Positions 1 to 9,593 of a stretch of DNA of 64,000 nucleotides are shown piece by piece. The stretch's first letter is position 1; each line of letters opens with the position of its first letter. The notes under the pieces are model-generated. The model ran no database searches, was not told where the DNA came from, and worked only from the letters and a program-made list of their open reading frames with translations. The DNA is from Armatimonadota bacterium (GTDB lineage Bacteria > Armatimonadota > Fimbriimonadia > Fimbriimonadales > GBS-DC): contig JBBIJY010000014.1 of assembly GCA_037445735.1 (NCBI GenBank), positions 5,175-69,174 on the forward strand, written 5' to 3'. The position numbers and the translations under genes were made by a program.

Positions 1-839
1 TTCTCGCCCGCCTTCCACAGGCTCTGGTGCGTGTGCATGCCGGAGCCGTTATCCTGAAACACGGGCTTGGGCATGAAGGTCACGGTGTAGCCGTTGCGCG
101 CGGCGACATTTTTGACCACATATTTGTAGAGCATCACCTTGTCCGCCATGCGGGTGAGCGTGTCGTAGCGGATGTCGATCTCGGCTTGACCTGCGGCACC
201 GACCTCGTGATGCTGCACTTCGACCTCCACGCCGCACTCGATCAGGGTGAGCATCATCTCGGTGCGCAGGTCCTGCAGGGTGTCGGCGGGCGGCACGGGG
301 AAGTAGCCCCCTTTGAGGCGCATCTTGTGCCCCAGGTTCGGCTTCTCCTCGCGACCCGTGTTCCACTCGGCTTCGTCCGAATCGAGGTAGTAGTAGCCGT
401 AGTTGGGACCCTGCCCGTAGCGCACATCGTTGAAGATGTAGAACTCCACTTCGGGACCGAAGTAGGCGGTGTCGGCGATGCCCGACGCGCGCAGGTACGC
501 CTCCGCCTTGTACGCCACATAGCGCGGGTCGCGCGTGTACCGCTCGCGCGTGATGGGATCGACCACATCGCAGATGAAGCTCACGGTGGGCACCTCGGTG
601 AACGGATCCATAAACACCGTTTCGGGATCGGGCATCAGCAGCATGTCGGAGAGGTTGATAGTCTGAAAGCCGCGGATGGAGGAGCCATCGAAACCGATGC
701 CCTCCTCGAACAGTTCCTCGGTGAGCGCCTCGATGGGCATCGAGAAGTGATGCCACATGCCGAACAGGTCGGTGAACTTGACATCGACGACACGCGCGTC
801 ATGCTCTCGCGCGAACTGAATCGCTTCCCTTGGACTCAT
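1..839 (-). CDS. glnA: Glutamine synthetase type I, N-terminal part (runs off window start)
   Basis: Manual minus-strand translation MSPREAIQFAREHDARVVDVKFTDLFGMWHHFS...GIGFDGSSIRGF...DMLLMPD...EVQHHEV. AGGAGG RBS upstream. Absent from the ORF track because it is truncated. Confidence 0.96.
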   Translation of the reverse strand, partial: MSPREAIQFAREHDARVVDVKFTDLFGMWHHFSMPIEALTEELFEEGIGFDGSSIRGFQTINLSDMLLMPDPETVFMDPFTEVPTVSFICDVVDPITRERYTRDPRYVAYKAEAYLRASGIADTAYFGPEVEFYIFNDVRYGQGPNYGYYYLDSDEAEWNTGREEKPNLGHKMRLKGGYFPVPPADTLQDLRTEMMLTLIECGVEVEVQHHEVGAAGQAEIDIRYDTLTRMADKVMLYKYVVKNVAARNGYTVTFMPKPVFQDNGSGMHTHQSLWKAGE

Positions 840-922
840 AGTGACCTCCTGTTTTTGTTAGTGCTGGCACGCGATAGGCGTGCGAACAGGCACTCTGCCG
901 TCGTGCAGAGCGACCATCGAGG

Positions 923-991
923 CGGCACCGTTGCCGACATAGGGGCGACGGAACAGGGCTAACAGCGGTCTGCATGCGCCGTTGCCATGCA
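923..991 (-). promoter_or_regulatory. Pair of ANTAR-type hexaloop hairpins in the glnA 5' leader
   Basis: Minus strand GCAT(G)GC-AACGGC-GCATGC (971-991) and CGGC-AACGGT-GCCG (923-936). Both loops have A1 and G4. Confidence 0.55.
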
Positions 992-1020
992 GTGAGGAGC
1001 CACTGCTCGCGTCCAATCCT

Positions 1021-1052
1021 ATTATACCCACCCCGCTGACAAAAAAGTCAAG
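1021..1052 (-). promoter_or_regulatory. Putative glnA promoter (TATAAT, TTGACT) overlapping a TGAC-N6-GTCA palindrome
   Basis: TATAAT at 1021-1026 and TTGACT at 1046-1051 (19-bp spacer, longer than canonical). Confidence 0.5.
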
Positions 1053-1059
1053 TCGCCGA

Positions 1060-1228
1060 GAGGGTGTTCGAGAATTCGGGGCGTAATATCGACCTGAGTG
1101 AAGCCCCCTCACCCGTACCCTCTCCCCCGCGTGCGGGGGAGAGGGGCTTGGTTTCTCCCTCTCCCCGCTGGGGAGAGGGTCGGGGTGAGGGGCATCCTTG
1201 CCTCTGGTTGGATTTTTCGAACAGCCTC
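1060..1228. mobile_element. MITE-like element: IS-type terminal inverted repeats enclosing two inverted REP-like hairpins
   Basis: Ends GAGGGTGTTCGAGAATTC and GATTTTTCGAACAGCCTC match the TIRs of the IS at 24909-25596. Internal CCCCTCACCCGTACCCTCTCCCCC...GGGGGAGAGGG plus an inverted copy. Confidence 0.7.
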
Positions 1229-1301
1229 AGTCGCTGAGAGACTGTTCAGGAATTCGCTACCTGAACAAGACAGCCTCAGAGGTGGGTTATAATACTCTCT
1301 G

Positions 1302-3011
1302 GTGGAGCCGATTATTGAGCGGTATGCGCCGCGCTTTGTGGTGTTGAGCGGTGTGTCGGTGCTGATCGTGCTGATGGCGTGGCTGGGCATCGGGCTGCGG
1401 CTGGTGGAGCGACGCCAGCATCCCAACCCGCTCAGCCAGACCACCGAAGGCTATTTGCGCGCGTGCCAGTACCAGCTGGTGGCGTGGCGGTCGTGGAGCG
1501 CGGCGACTCTCAGGGAGGCGGCACAGCTCAATCGCCCTGTCGCCGTCGATATGGGCGCGTTCTGGTCCGGGCAGTGCGCCCGACTGGGGCAGGAGCTGTA
1601 TCAGGATTCGGGCATTGCCGATATTCTGAAGCGCGAGTTTGTGCCTGTGAAGCTCGATTCGGACGCCTCGCCCAAACGCGCCCGCACGCTGCGTATGGTC
1701 GCCGAGGTTCTCAATCTCCCCTATCGGCAGCCGTTGCTGGTGCTTTTCACGCCCGACGGCAAGCCGTTCGCGGCGGCGACTCCAGAGACCCGCGCCGAGC
1801 TGACACGCCTGCTGGAGCAGGTGAGCCTCGCCTATCGGAACGCGCCGAACGAGGTGCAGGCAACTGCGCAACGGCTGGAGCAGGCGTTGCTCGCCCGCTA
1901 TGTGCGCGCGGCGACGCCCGCGCCGCTCACTCTCCAGACCGCGCATGCGCTGAACGCCCAGCTGCTTGATACCCTGCTGAAAAACGAGCCAGCCGACTGG
2001 AGCCAGCCGCAACCTTACTGGCTGAATCAGACCGAGTGGCTGTTGAGCCTGGCGGAGGGGGGCGACCCGCATGCGCGCGCGATGCTGCTCAAGCGCCTGC
2101 GCTCGCTCCAGCAAAGCCCGCTCTGGGACGGGCAGCGGGGTGGCTTTCACACGCTGCTGGAGGGGCTGAACGCGGAGGGTCAGCCGCTGGGCGGCAAGCG
2201 CCTGACGGAGAACGCACGCCTGTTGAGCCTGTACGCGCGTGCCAGCCGATTCGCGCCCGATTTGCGCCTGACGGCAGATCGGTTGCTCGATTTTCTGCGC
2301 CATCAGCTCTATCAGGAGCGTCCGCCGGGCTTCCGCGCCAGTGTGGCGCCGTCCCGGCGCGCTTCACCGGTTGGTCAATCGCTGCCCGTCCCCGAAGTCG
2401 ACACCACACTCTATGCGGACGGCAACGCGCTGACGGTTCTCGCCCTGCTGGACTATTCGAGCGTCGCGCCGCCCGATTCGGAGCCGTCGGGCTGGGCACA
2501 AGCGACTGCCCCGCGCGTGCTGGAGACTCTGCGCGGGTTGCGCACGGTTCAGGGCGACCTCTATCACTCCTCGCGCCGTCAGGTCTCCGACTGGTTGCCC
2601 GATCTGGCGCTGGTGGCGCGGGCGGCGAGCCGATTGTATCAGGCACAGCGTTCCGAGCGTGCCCTGCAGTTTGCCCGCCAGCTGCTCACGCTCATCGAAA
2701 CCCGCTATCATGACCCGACAGGTGGCTACTATGATATTTCGGAGGGCAAGCGCTGGGCGAGCTGGACGCTGATACCGACGCGCGTCTCGGAAGATGGTGA
2801 GCTGCCCGCCGATAACGTGCTGGTCGCGCTGGCGCAGGTTGAGTTTGCGCGTGCGCTTCAGCAGCGCGGGCTGCCCGGTGACGATGCTGATGCCCGCCTC
2901 TATCTTCAGCGTGCCCGTCAAACGGTGCAGGTGATGCTGGGCGATCGCGCCAGCATCCCCGAACGCTTCACGGGCTGCGCCATCGCCATCAGCGCGCTTC
3001 AGGTATTCTAA
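1302..3011 (+). CDS. Thioredoxin-domain protein, YyaL/SSP411 (DUF255)-like, with N-terminal TM helix
   Basis: NPLSQTTEGYL..QLVAWRSW..EAAQLNRPV; FVPVKLD; LWDGQRGGF; KRLTENARL; D...GGYYD. Confidence 0.75.
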   Translation: MEPIIERYAPRFVVLSGVSVLIVLMAWLGIGLRLVERRQHPNPLSQTTEGYLRACQYQLVAWRSWSAATLREAAQLNRPVAVDMGAFWSGQCARLGQELYQDSGIADILKREFVPVKLDSDASPKRARTLRMVAEVLNLPYRQPLLVLFTPDGKPFAAATPETRAELTRLLEQVSLAYRNAPNEVQATAQRLEQALLARYVRAATPAPLTLQTAHALNAQLLDTLLKNEPADWSQPQPYWLNQTEWLLSLAEGGDPHARAMLLKRLRSLQQSPLWDGQRGGFHTLLEGLNAEGQPLGGKRLTENARLLSLYARASRFAPDLRLTADRLLDFLRHQLYQERPPGFRASVAPSRRASPVGQSLPVPEVDTTLYADGNALTVLALLDYSSVAPPDSEPSGWAQATAPRVLETLRGLRTVQGDLYHSSRRQVSDWLPDLALVARAASRLYQAQRSERALQFARQLLTLIETRYHDPTGGYYDISEGKRWASWTLIPTRVSEDGELPADNVLVALAQVEFARALQQRGLPGDDADARLYLQRARQTVQVMLGDRASIPERFTGCAIAISALQVF

Positions 3012-3038
3012 GGGTCATCTGAGTTTTGAGGAGAAGCG

Positions 3039-3863
3039 ATGGAGATTGTGATACTTGGCACGGCAGCAGCGGAGGGGATACCTGCGCTCGGCTGCGACTG
3101 CAGGGTGTGCCACACGGCACGCGAGCGCGGCGGCAAAAACATCCGCTCACGCTCCGGCGCACTCATCGACCATACGCTCAAAATCGACTTCGGTCCCGAC
3201 ACGCTCTATCACATTCATCGTGAACGGCTGAACCCGACCGACTGGCGATGGCTGGTCTTCACTCACTCGCACCATGACCACTGCGCAGGTGAGGAGCTGC
3301 AATATCTTTTGCCGGGCTTCGCGCCGCCCGAAACGGCTCGCAACCTGAACATCTTCGGCAACGCGGCGGTCAAAGCGAAGGTGGAAGGCGTCGTCAGTTA
3401 TACGGGGCTGCGCCTCGAGTGCAACCTCATTCGTGCCTTCGAAACCTGTGCGCTGGGTGAATATACGCTCACTCCTATTCGCGCCACGCACTTCACGGAG
3501 GTGCCTGACGAGGAGGTGCTGAATCTGGTTATCGAGCGCAACGGGCGGCGTCTGCTCTACGCCTGCGATACGGGCTGGTACCCGCCTGAAACATGGGATT
3601 TCCTGACGGGCGTCGCGCTCGATCTGGCGATTCTGGAGTGCAGTTTCGGCTTCCTGCCCAGCGACTATAGCGGGCATCTCGATATTGAGAAGTGCGTCCA
3701 GATGGTGAACGAGTTGCGCAAGCAGGGCACGCTCCGAGCCGATTCGCGCGTGGTGCTGACCCACTTCTCCCATAACGGTGGCGCGCTGCACGAGGAGCTG
3801 GAGGCGCGCGCCACGCCATACGGCATCGAGATCGGCTGGGATGGCATGCGTATCGACCTGTAG
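3039..3863 (+). CDS. MBL-fold metallohydrolase (PhnP-like)
   Basis: LGTAAAEGIP.GCDCRVC; THSHHDH; DTG; THFSH. Confidence 0.85.
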   Translation: MEIVILGTAAAEGIPALGCDCRVCHTARERGGKNIRSRSGALIDHTLKIDFGPDTLYHIHRERLNPTDWRWLVFTHSHHDHCAGEELQYLLPGFAPPETARNLNIFGNAAVKAKVEGVVSYTGLRLECNLIRAFETCALGEYTLTPIRATHFTEVPDEEVLNLVIERNGRRLLYACDTGWYPPETWDFLTGVALDLAILECSFGFLPSDYSGHLDIEKCVQMVNELRKQGTLRADSRVVLTHFSHNGGALHEELEARATPYGIEIGWDGMRIDL

Positions 3864-3922
3864 CGTGGCGGTACATGTGCGCGGCTCTACCGTCTAATGA
3901 AGATGGAGGCGATAATCGATCG

Positions 3923-4831
3923 ATGATGAAGCCAATCTGTACCGAATGGGAAGAGCGATTGAGTTTGTATGTGGACGGTCTGCTGAACCCGTTTGACGAG
4001 AACGCGGTGGAGGCACATCTATCGCGTTGTGAGGCGTGTCGTCAGGCGGTGGCGTTGTGGCGTGAAGTGGGTCAGACGGTTCGTCGCCTGCCGCGCGTGC
4101 TGCCGCCGCCCGATTTGCGGGCGCGCATCCTTGTCAGTACCACGCGCAAGCCCGGTCTTCTCCAGCGTCTGCGGCTGGGCTGGTGGTCGCTCGCGCCTGC
4201 GGTCGCGGCAGGGCTGATGCTGGCGTGGTGGACACTGCCCCGCACGCCCGTGCAGCCGGTGCCCGCCTCACATTCGTCGTGGGAAGTGCCCTCAGGGGGT
4301 CCTGCAGAGGCGATGAATGAGTCTCCCTCGGAGCCGCCCGCGCACATGGAGGTCGCGCGTCGCCCCGCTGATAGGGACACACCCATCGTGATTGTGGTGC
4401 AGCCGGCGTCGGCGCCGCGCTGGCAGGCAGCCCAACCGCGCTGGGTCGCTGCCCCGCGCGCGCCTGCCCCGCAATCGAACTCACCCGCTAACGGCGAACC
4501 TATCGCGCTCGCGACCCCGCGGGACACCACGCCCGTTAACAGCAACGCGCCCGCGCTCGTCACCGCGATTGCTGATCTGCCAGTGGAGACGCCTGCGCCC
4601 AGCGAGCCTGACACAGCGGGTTCCCAGGAACCCACCACGCCCGGCTCAGAGAAGACCCCGCACACTGCTCAGCCGGCTGTCGGCGCCACACCGGGCGCCC
4701 TCAGCCAGTGGTCGGAACAGTTCAATCGCCAGCTGCAGCGCGAAAACCGCCTTCTGCGTCAGCAGGCTCTATCGCGCCGACAGCGCGACTCGCGCTTCTT
4801 TGTGCCCATTCTTTCGTGGAATATTAAGTAG
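3923..4831 (+). CDS. zf-HC2 anti-sigma-factor-like membrane protein
   Basis: LSLYVDGLL...VEAHLSRCEAC (HxxxCxxC), one TM segment, Pro-rich tail. Start chosen at the ATG after GGAGG. Confidence 0.75.
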   Translation: MMKPICTEWEERLSLYVDGLLNPFDENAVEAHLSRCEACRQAVALWREVGQTVRRLPRVLPPPDLRARILVSTTRKPGLLQRLRLGWWSLAPAVAAGLMLAWWTLPRTPVQPVPASHSSWEVPSGGPAEAMNESPSEPPAHMEVARRPADRDTPIVIVVQPASAPRWQAAQPRWVAAPRAPAPQSNSPANGEPIALATPRDTTPVNSNAPALVTAIADLPVETPAPSEPDTAGSQEPTTPGSEKTPHTAQPAVGATPGALSQWSEQFNRQLQRENRLLRQQALSRRQRDSRFFVPILSWNIK

Positions 4832-4914
4832 TCGCTTTTTACAGGTTGCACCCGCCCCCAGAGGCGGATGAAGGTCGCAACATCACCCTGCGTTATCAAA
4901 GGAAGTGATGCCGA

Positions 4915-7900
4915 TTGGCTAAACGGTGGTGGTTCGGCGCTGTTCTGATTGGAACGGTGCCGCTGGTGTGGGCGCAAGCACCGCTCCCGCTCAGCGGTGC
5001 GGGTGGTGCAGCTCGCGCTGTGTTCGCGCCGAAGCCCTCCAACCCTGGCCAAGCCGCTGCCGATCTACTGCCTGGCAACGGCACGCGCGGTGGGTATCTG
5101 CTGCGCTATGCGCCCGTTGTGCCCGATTCCGAGAGCGTCTATGTGGACGGCAAACGCCTCACACGCGATGTGGACTACTGGATCGATTACAGCAGCGGCA
5201 ATCTGGCGTTTGCGCAGCCTGTGCGACGCCTCTCCTCCATTCAGGTGTACTATCGCTATGAACCGAACGGTCGGCGCGAAGGCTCGATTGGCGCTCTGCC
5301 CATCTTCACGCTCTCGCTGGGCGCGCAGGGCAGCCTGAGCGTGTTGCTTGCGCCCGATCGCGCTGAAACGGCTCCCGATGGCGCGTCCTATCGGCTCAGC
5401 GCGTACGGCTTGCAGAACGCCCTGCGTCTCGGTCCCACCACCACGCTCAGTGGCTACTTTTTCATCGGCGCCCGCCAGCAACTGCACAACCGCGACCTGC
5501 AAGCCGGCACGGGAATCACGCCCACCCCCGCATCCAACCAGACGCCCACCGAACGCAGTCAGCTCATCTTTCAAACGCTCCAGATGCAGGCGGGCAGCCT
5601 GCGCCTGCAGGCGAGCTATCAGGATGTCGGCAAGACCTTCAGCGCCCAGCAGATGCTCGGCGCGCCGTCGGGACTCGACGCGAACCTGCTGCAACTCTGG
5701 GAGAAACAGCGCGGACTGAAACGCCTCGACTACACGCTCGGACTGTCCCTTTTCAGGGGCAACACCGTCGAGTTCAGCCGTCTCAACATTCAGGATGATA
5801 ATGGCAGCGTCGAGCGCCAGTCCCTCAAATTCCAGAGCCAGCGGCTGAACCTGAGCTGGCAACGCACCGAGCCAGAGCGGAACTTCCAGCGATACAAGGA
5901 CCTTGTGGATTCGGAGGCGCCGAACTGGCAGCGCGAGCGCGGCATCCAGCGCGAGATGCTGGAAGGCAGCCTGACGCTCGCACCCAACCGCACGCTCAAT
6001 CTGTCCCGATTGACCCTCACCGAAGGCACAGGACGCATCGAACGCGCTCGCTACGGACTTGATCTGCTCTGGCTCAAGCTGGATCGGCTGGAGCAGCGCA
6101 TCAGCCCGGAGTTCCAGCGGTTCGGCGATCTCGGTGATGGCGAGAAGGGCGATTGGGCGCGCGAAGTGGGGCTGCGACGCGCGATGACCGCCGTCCAGCT
6201 GACACCGAAAGGGCTGAACGCGACGGCGAGCGACCTGCGCATCGAATCGCCCACAGGCGCACTGGAGTGGCAGCGCATCGCGGTGAAAACCGATGCCCTC
6301 ACCGTCGAGCAGAGCCATCGCGCGGTTGACCCGCAGTTCGGTCGTCTGCAGAGCCTCGCCCCGCAGGAGCTTCAGGCGATGGCGCAGGAGACGCGCCAGT
6401 TCCACGACCCCGCAAACAGCCAGCCGCTCAAACCTGAAGAGGTTCAGCAGTCGCTGCAGGAGGCAGGGCTGGAGCGCACCTTCCAGAAAGCCGAACTGCA
6501 GCCCCACAAAGACCTGCAGCTGCAGGTGAAGCACTTCGAGATTGCCGATCGGGGTGGTGAGGGCAATGTGGAAGGCGTGCAGTATCAGCTCAAGACGCCC
6601 TCGTTGCAGGTGCGCCTTGCAGAGCGCACGATTGCACCCCAGTTCACTCGCCTGCGCGATCTGGCGCCGATTGAGCAGATGCTGTTCCGTAATGAGCAGG
6701 GCATTCGCCGCTCCGACTGGGACGCCGCGCTCATCACCCCACGGCTGGGGCTTGCCACCGCTCACACCCAGATCCGTGCCATCGGCGCAGGACTGCAACG
6801 CCAGAGCTATCGCCTCATTCATCCGCAGCTGGAGCTGAGCTACAATCGTCGTCAGGTGGATGCCGACTTCGCCCGCGCCCACGACTTAGCCGACCCGGAA
6901 CGCGACCTGTTCGCCCAGCTGCGCGGCTTCGAGCAGTATGACTGGAACCTGCGCCTGAAACCCGCACGCACCCTGCAGATTGAGACCCTGCTGTTCAACG
7001 CCGAGAACCCCGCTGAGCGCATCGGCAATCGTCGCCAGCGGTGGCGCGTCATGTGGCAGCCCTCACGCAACCTCACGCTCGGACGCCAGCAGGAGAAGTA
7101 TCGCTCCCAGCAACAGGTGAGCGACCTCTATCACGACGAGTATGAGCGCAGCGACCTGCAGTACACGCTCCGATTCGGCACGCTGAACGCCTATCAGGAG
7201 CGGCGGCAGATTGGCGGCACGCTCGCGAACCCGCTCTATCAATACACCGACTACTATCGGTTCCAGAGCCGCGAGCTGAAGCGTTTAAACTTCGGGGTTG
7301 AGGAGCGCCGCACACGCGCGGTGGGCGCCGTCAGCGAGCGGTTCCAGCTCTATCAGGCAGACTACACGCTTAACTCGCGCCTGAAACTCACCTTCGCGCA
7401 CGCGCAAGCCGAGCGCGAGGGCGCACCCGACGAGAGTGGACAGCAGCTCGGACTGGAGTACCAGCTGCGTCCGGGCACCACGCTCACCTTCGCCGAATCG
7501 CGCACCGCGAAAGAGGGCGCCAACGGCACGCGAACCCTCTCCGCAGGGCTGACCCAGGCGGCATGGGGCGTGCTGACCGTCGGCGGCACCTACCAGGAAT
7601 GGCGTATCGACCGCACGCAGACCAAAGCCCAGAGCCAGGTCATCATCCAGAGCGCACGCCCCTTCAACTGGCTGTTCCTCAAGGGGCTGCAGTTCGACTT
7701 CCGCTACGGCGCGTTAGCCGACCGCGGACTGTGGCAGCAGGAGAATAAGCACTTCACCATGCAGGCGACTGCGTTCGGGCACACGCTCAAGGGCGGCTAT
7801 GTCGGTCTCTATGTGCCCGCGCAGGGACGCGCCATCGACCGCTACTACCAGATCGAATCACCTGCGCAGGGCGCCCTGCGCTACAACCTGCTCTATAAAG

Positions 7901-8406
7901 TGCGCACCTATCAGGATGGGCGCCTGTTTCTTATCCGCCAGTATCATCTGGAATATAAGCTCCATCAGAAACTGAGCCTTGTTCACGATTTTCAGACCCA
8001 TCCTGAACAGGGCAACCCGAATGTGGTGCTGGGGTCGATTCTGCAGCCGACGGGCTTTTCGGCGTGGGCGCTGGAGTGGACGCTCAAGCCGCGCGTTTCG
8101 CTCAAGGGCGACTATCGCATCGAATGGAACGAGCAGCAGGGTCGGCGCATCCGCCGCGGCGGGCTGACCCTCACAGGCAATCAGACCGACGGCGTGAGCT
8201 ACGCCGTCGGCTACCGAATCGATTCGGAGCTGTTCAACAACCGCAAGACCACCGCCCACACCTTCTACCTCTCCACCGAGCACAAGATCGACGCCGACCG
8301 CTACCTGATGCTGGGGATTCAGTGGACGCACTACGAGCATCGCGCCGACCGCACTGTTCGGCGCGACCAGCCGCGCCTCGTGCTGGAACTCAAGCAGGTG
8401 TTTTGA
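4915..8406 (+). CDS. Large secreted / outer-membrane beta-rich protein
   Basis: Signal peptide; SESVYVDGKRLTRDVDYWIDYSSG motif (SprA-like); alternating beta-strand pattern; C-terminal Phe. Confidence 0.65.
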   Translation: MAKRWWFGAVLIGTVPLVWAQAPLPLSGAGGAARAVFAPKPSNPGQAAADLLPGNGTRGGYLLRYAPVVPDSESVYVDGKRLTRDVDYWIDYSSGNLAFAQPVRRLSSIQVYYRYEPNGRREGSIGALPIFTLSLGAQGSLSVLLAPDRAETAPDGASYRLSAYGLQNALRLGPTTTLSGYFFIGARQQLHNRDLQAGTGITPTPASNQTPTERSQLIFQTLQMQAGSLRLQASYQDVGKTFSAQQMLGAPSGLDANLLQLWEKQRGLKRLDYTLGLSLFRGNTVEFSRLNIQDDNGSVERQSLKFQSQRLNLSWQRTEPERNFQRYKDLVDSEAPNWQRERGIQREMLEGSLTLAPNRTLNLSRLTLTEGTGRIERARYGLDLLWLKLDRLEQRISPEFQRFGDLGDGEKGDWAREVGLRRAMTAVQLTPKGLNATASDLRIESPTGALEWQRIAVKTDALTVEQSHRAVDPQFGRLQSLAPQELQAMAQETRQFHDPANSQPLKPEEVQQSLQEAGLERTFQKAELQPHKDLQLQVKHFEIADRGGEGNVEGVQYQLKTPSLQVRLAERTIAPQFTRLRDLAPIEQMLFRNEQGIRRSDWDAALITPRLGLATAHTQIRAIGAGLQRQSYRLIHPQLELSYNRRQVDADFARAHDLADPERDLFAQLRGFEQYDWNLRLKPARTLQIETLLFNAENPAERIGNRRQRWRVMWQPSRNLTLGRQQEKYRSQQQVSDLYHDEYERSDLQYTLRFGTLNAYQERRQIGGTLANPLYQYTDYYRFQSRELKRLNFGVEERRTRAVGAVSERFQLYQADYTLNSRLKLTFAHAQAEREGAPDESGQQLGLEYQLRPGTTLTFAESRTAKEGANGTRTLSAGLTQAAWGVLTVGGTYQEWRIDRTQTKAQSQVIIQSARPFNWLFLKGLQFDFRYGALADRGLWQQENKHFTMQATAFGHTLKGGYVGLYVPAQGRAIDRYYQIESPAQGALRYNLLYKVRTYQDGRLFLIRQYHLEYKLHQKLSLVHDFQTHPEQGNPNVVLGSILQPTGFSAWALEWTLKPRVSLKGDYRIEWNEQQGRRIRRGGLTLTGNQTDGVSYAVGYRIDSELFNNRKTTAHTFYLSTEHKIDADRYLMLGIQWTHYEHRADRTVRRDQPRLVLELKQVF

Positions 8407-8429
8407 GAGAAGGGGTACTCTTTAGAGGG

Positions 8430-9530
8430 ATGGCGAAGGTCGCACTCTTTCTGTCCCATCTCCAGGGTGGGGGCGCGGAGCGCGTGCTGGTCACGCTCGC
8501 CAACCAGTTTGCCGCTTGCGGGCACGCGGTGGACTTCATTCTGGCGCAGCGTCAGGGGGTCTACCTGAAGGAGCTGTCGCCGCAGGTGAACCTGGTTGAT
8601 CTGGGCGCACGGCGCATGGCGCTCGCCCTGATGCCCCTGACGCGCTACCTCCGTCAACAGCATCCCGCTGGCATCCTGTCGAGCCTGCCCTATCCGAACA
8701 TGGTGAGCATCCTCGCGGCGCGACTGGCACGGTTCGAAGGCAGCGTGGTTGTGCGCGAGGCGAATACGCCCTCCTATCGCACGCGCGAAGCCAGCCTGCT
8801 CAAAGACCGCCTGCTGGAACCGCTGATTGTGCGGTACGGCTACCGCTACGCCGATTGGGTGGTGGCGGTCTCGCGGGGCGTGCTGCACGACTTACAGCAT
8901 CGCGCCCGCCTGCCAGCCGGGCGACTGGCGCTGATTTACAACCCCGCCTATACGCGGCGCGTGCTGGAGTTGCGCGAGCAACCCGTCGAGCATCCCTGGT
9001 TCGCGCCCGATCAGCCCCCCGTGGTGTTGAGCGTCGGGCGACTGGACCCCCAGAAAGATTTTGAGACGCTATTGAAGGCATTTGCGCAGGTGCGCTCCCA
9101 GCGAGCGGTGCGCCTGATGGTGCTCGGTGAGGGTCCCCTGCGCCCGCAGCTGGAATCGCTTGCCCAACAGCTGGGCATCGCCGATTCGGTGAGCCTGCCG
9201 GGCTTCGTGGAGAACCCGTTCGCCTATATGCGGCGGGCGGCGCTATTCGTGCTATCGTCCCGCTTCGAGGGCTTCCCGAATGTGCTGGTGCAGGCGCTGG
9301 CGTGTGGCTGCCCCGTGGTCAGCACCGATTGCCTTAGCGGACCTGCCGAGATTCTGGATGGTGGTCGCTACGGGCATCTGGTGCCCGTGGGCGATGCGGA
9401 CGCGCTGGCGCGGGCGATGCTGCGCGTGCTGGACGGCGACGCTCCCCGCGCTCCCGAAGAGTGGCTCATGCAGTTTGACGAAGAGCGCGTCGCCCAGCAG
9501 TACCTGAAACTGCTATTGAACCAACCATGA
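8430..9530 (+). CDS. Glycosyltransferase family 4
   Basis: GGGAERV; VGRLDPQKD; SSRFEGFPNVL.ALACG.PVV. Confidence 0.92.
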   Translation: MAKVALFLSHLQGGGAERVLVTLANQFAACGHAVDFILAQRQGVYLKELSPQVNLVDLGARRMALALMPLTRYLRQQHPAGILSSLPYPNMVSILAARLARFEGSVVVREANTPSYRTREASLLKDRLLEPLIVRYGYRYADWVVAVSRGVLHDLQHRARLPAGRLALIYNPAYTRRVLELREQPVEHPWFAPDQPPVVLSVGRLDPQKDFETLLKAFAQVRSQRAVRLMVLGEGPLRPQLESLAQQLGIADSVSLPGFVENPFAYMRRAALFVLSSRFEGFPNVLVQALACGCPVVSTDCLSGPAEILDGGRYGHLVPVGDADALARAMLRVLDGDAPRAPEEWLMQFDEERVAQQYLKLLLNQP

Positions 9531-9593
9531 ATGGAGGAGGGCAACATCACGGCTGAGCCGACCGAAGTGCCGCACAGCAGGTATAATCGTGCC

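Noticed and set aside
27-962. 311-aa plus-strand ORF
   Set aside because: Antisense shadow of glnA.
5065-6882. Long antisense ORFs (also 13322-15307, 19933-21081, 29539-31245, 47219-48937, 49522-50766)
   Set aside because: Shadows of recognisable genes in GC-rich DNA, with no motifs of their own.
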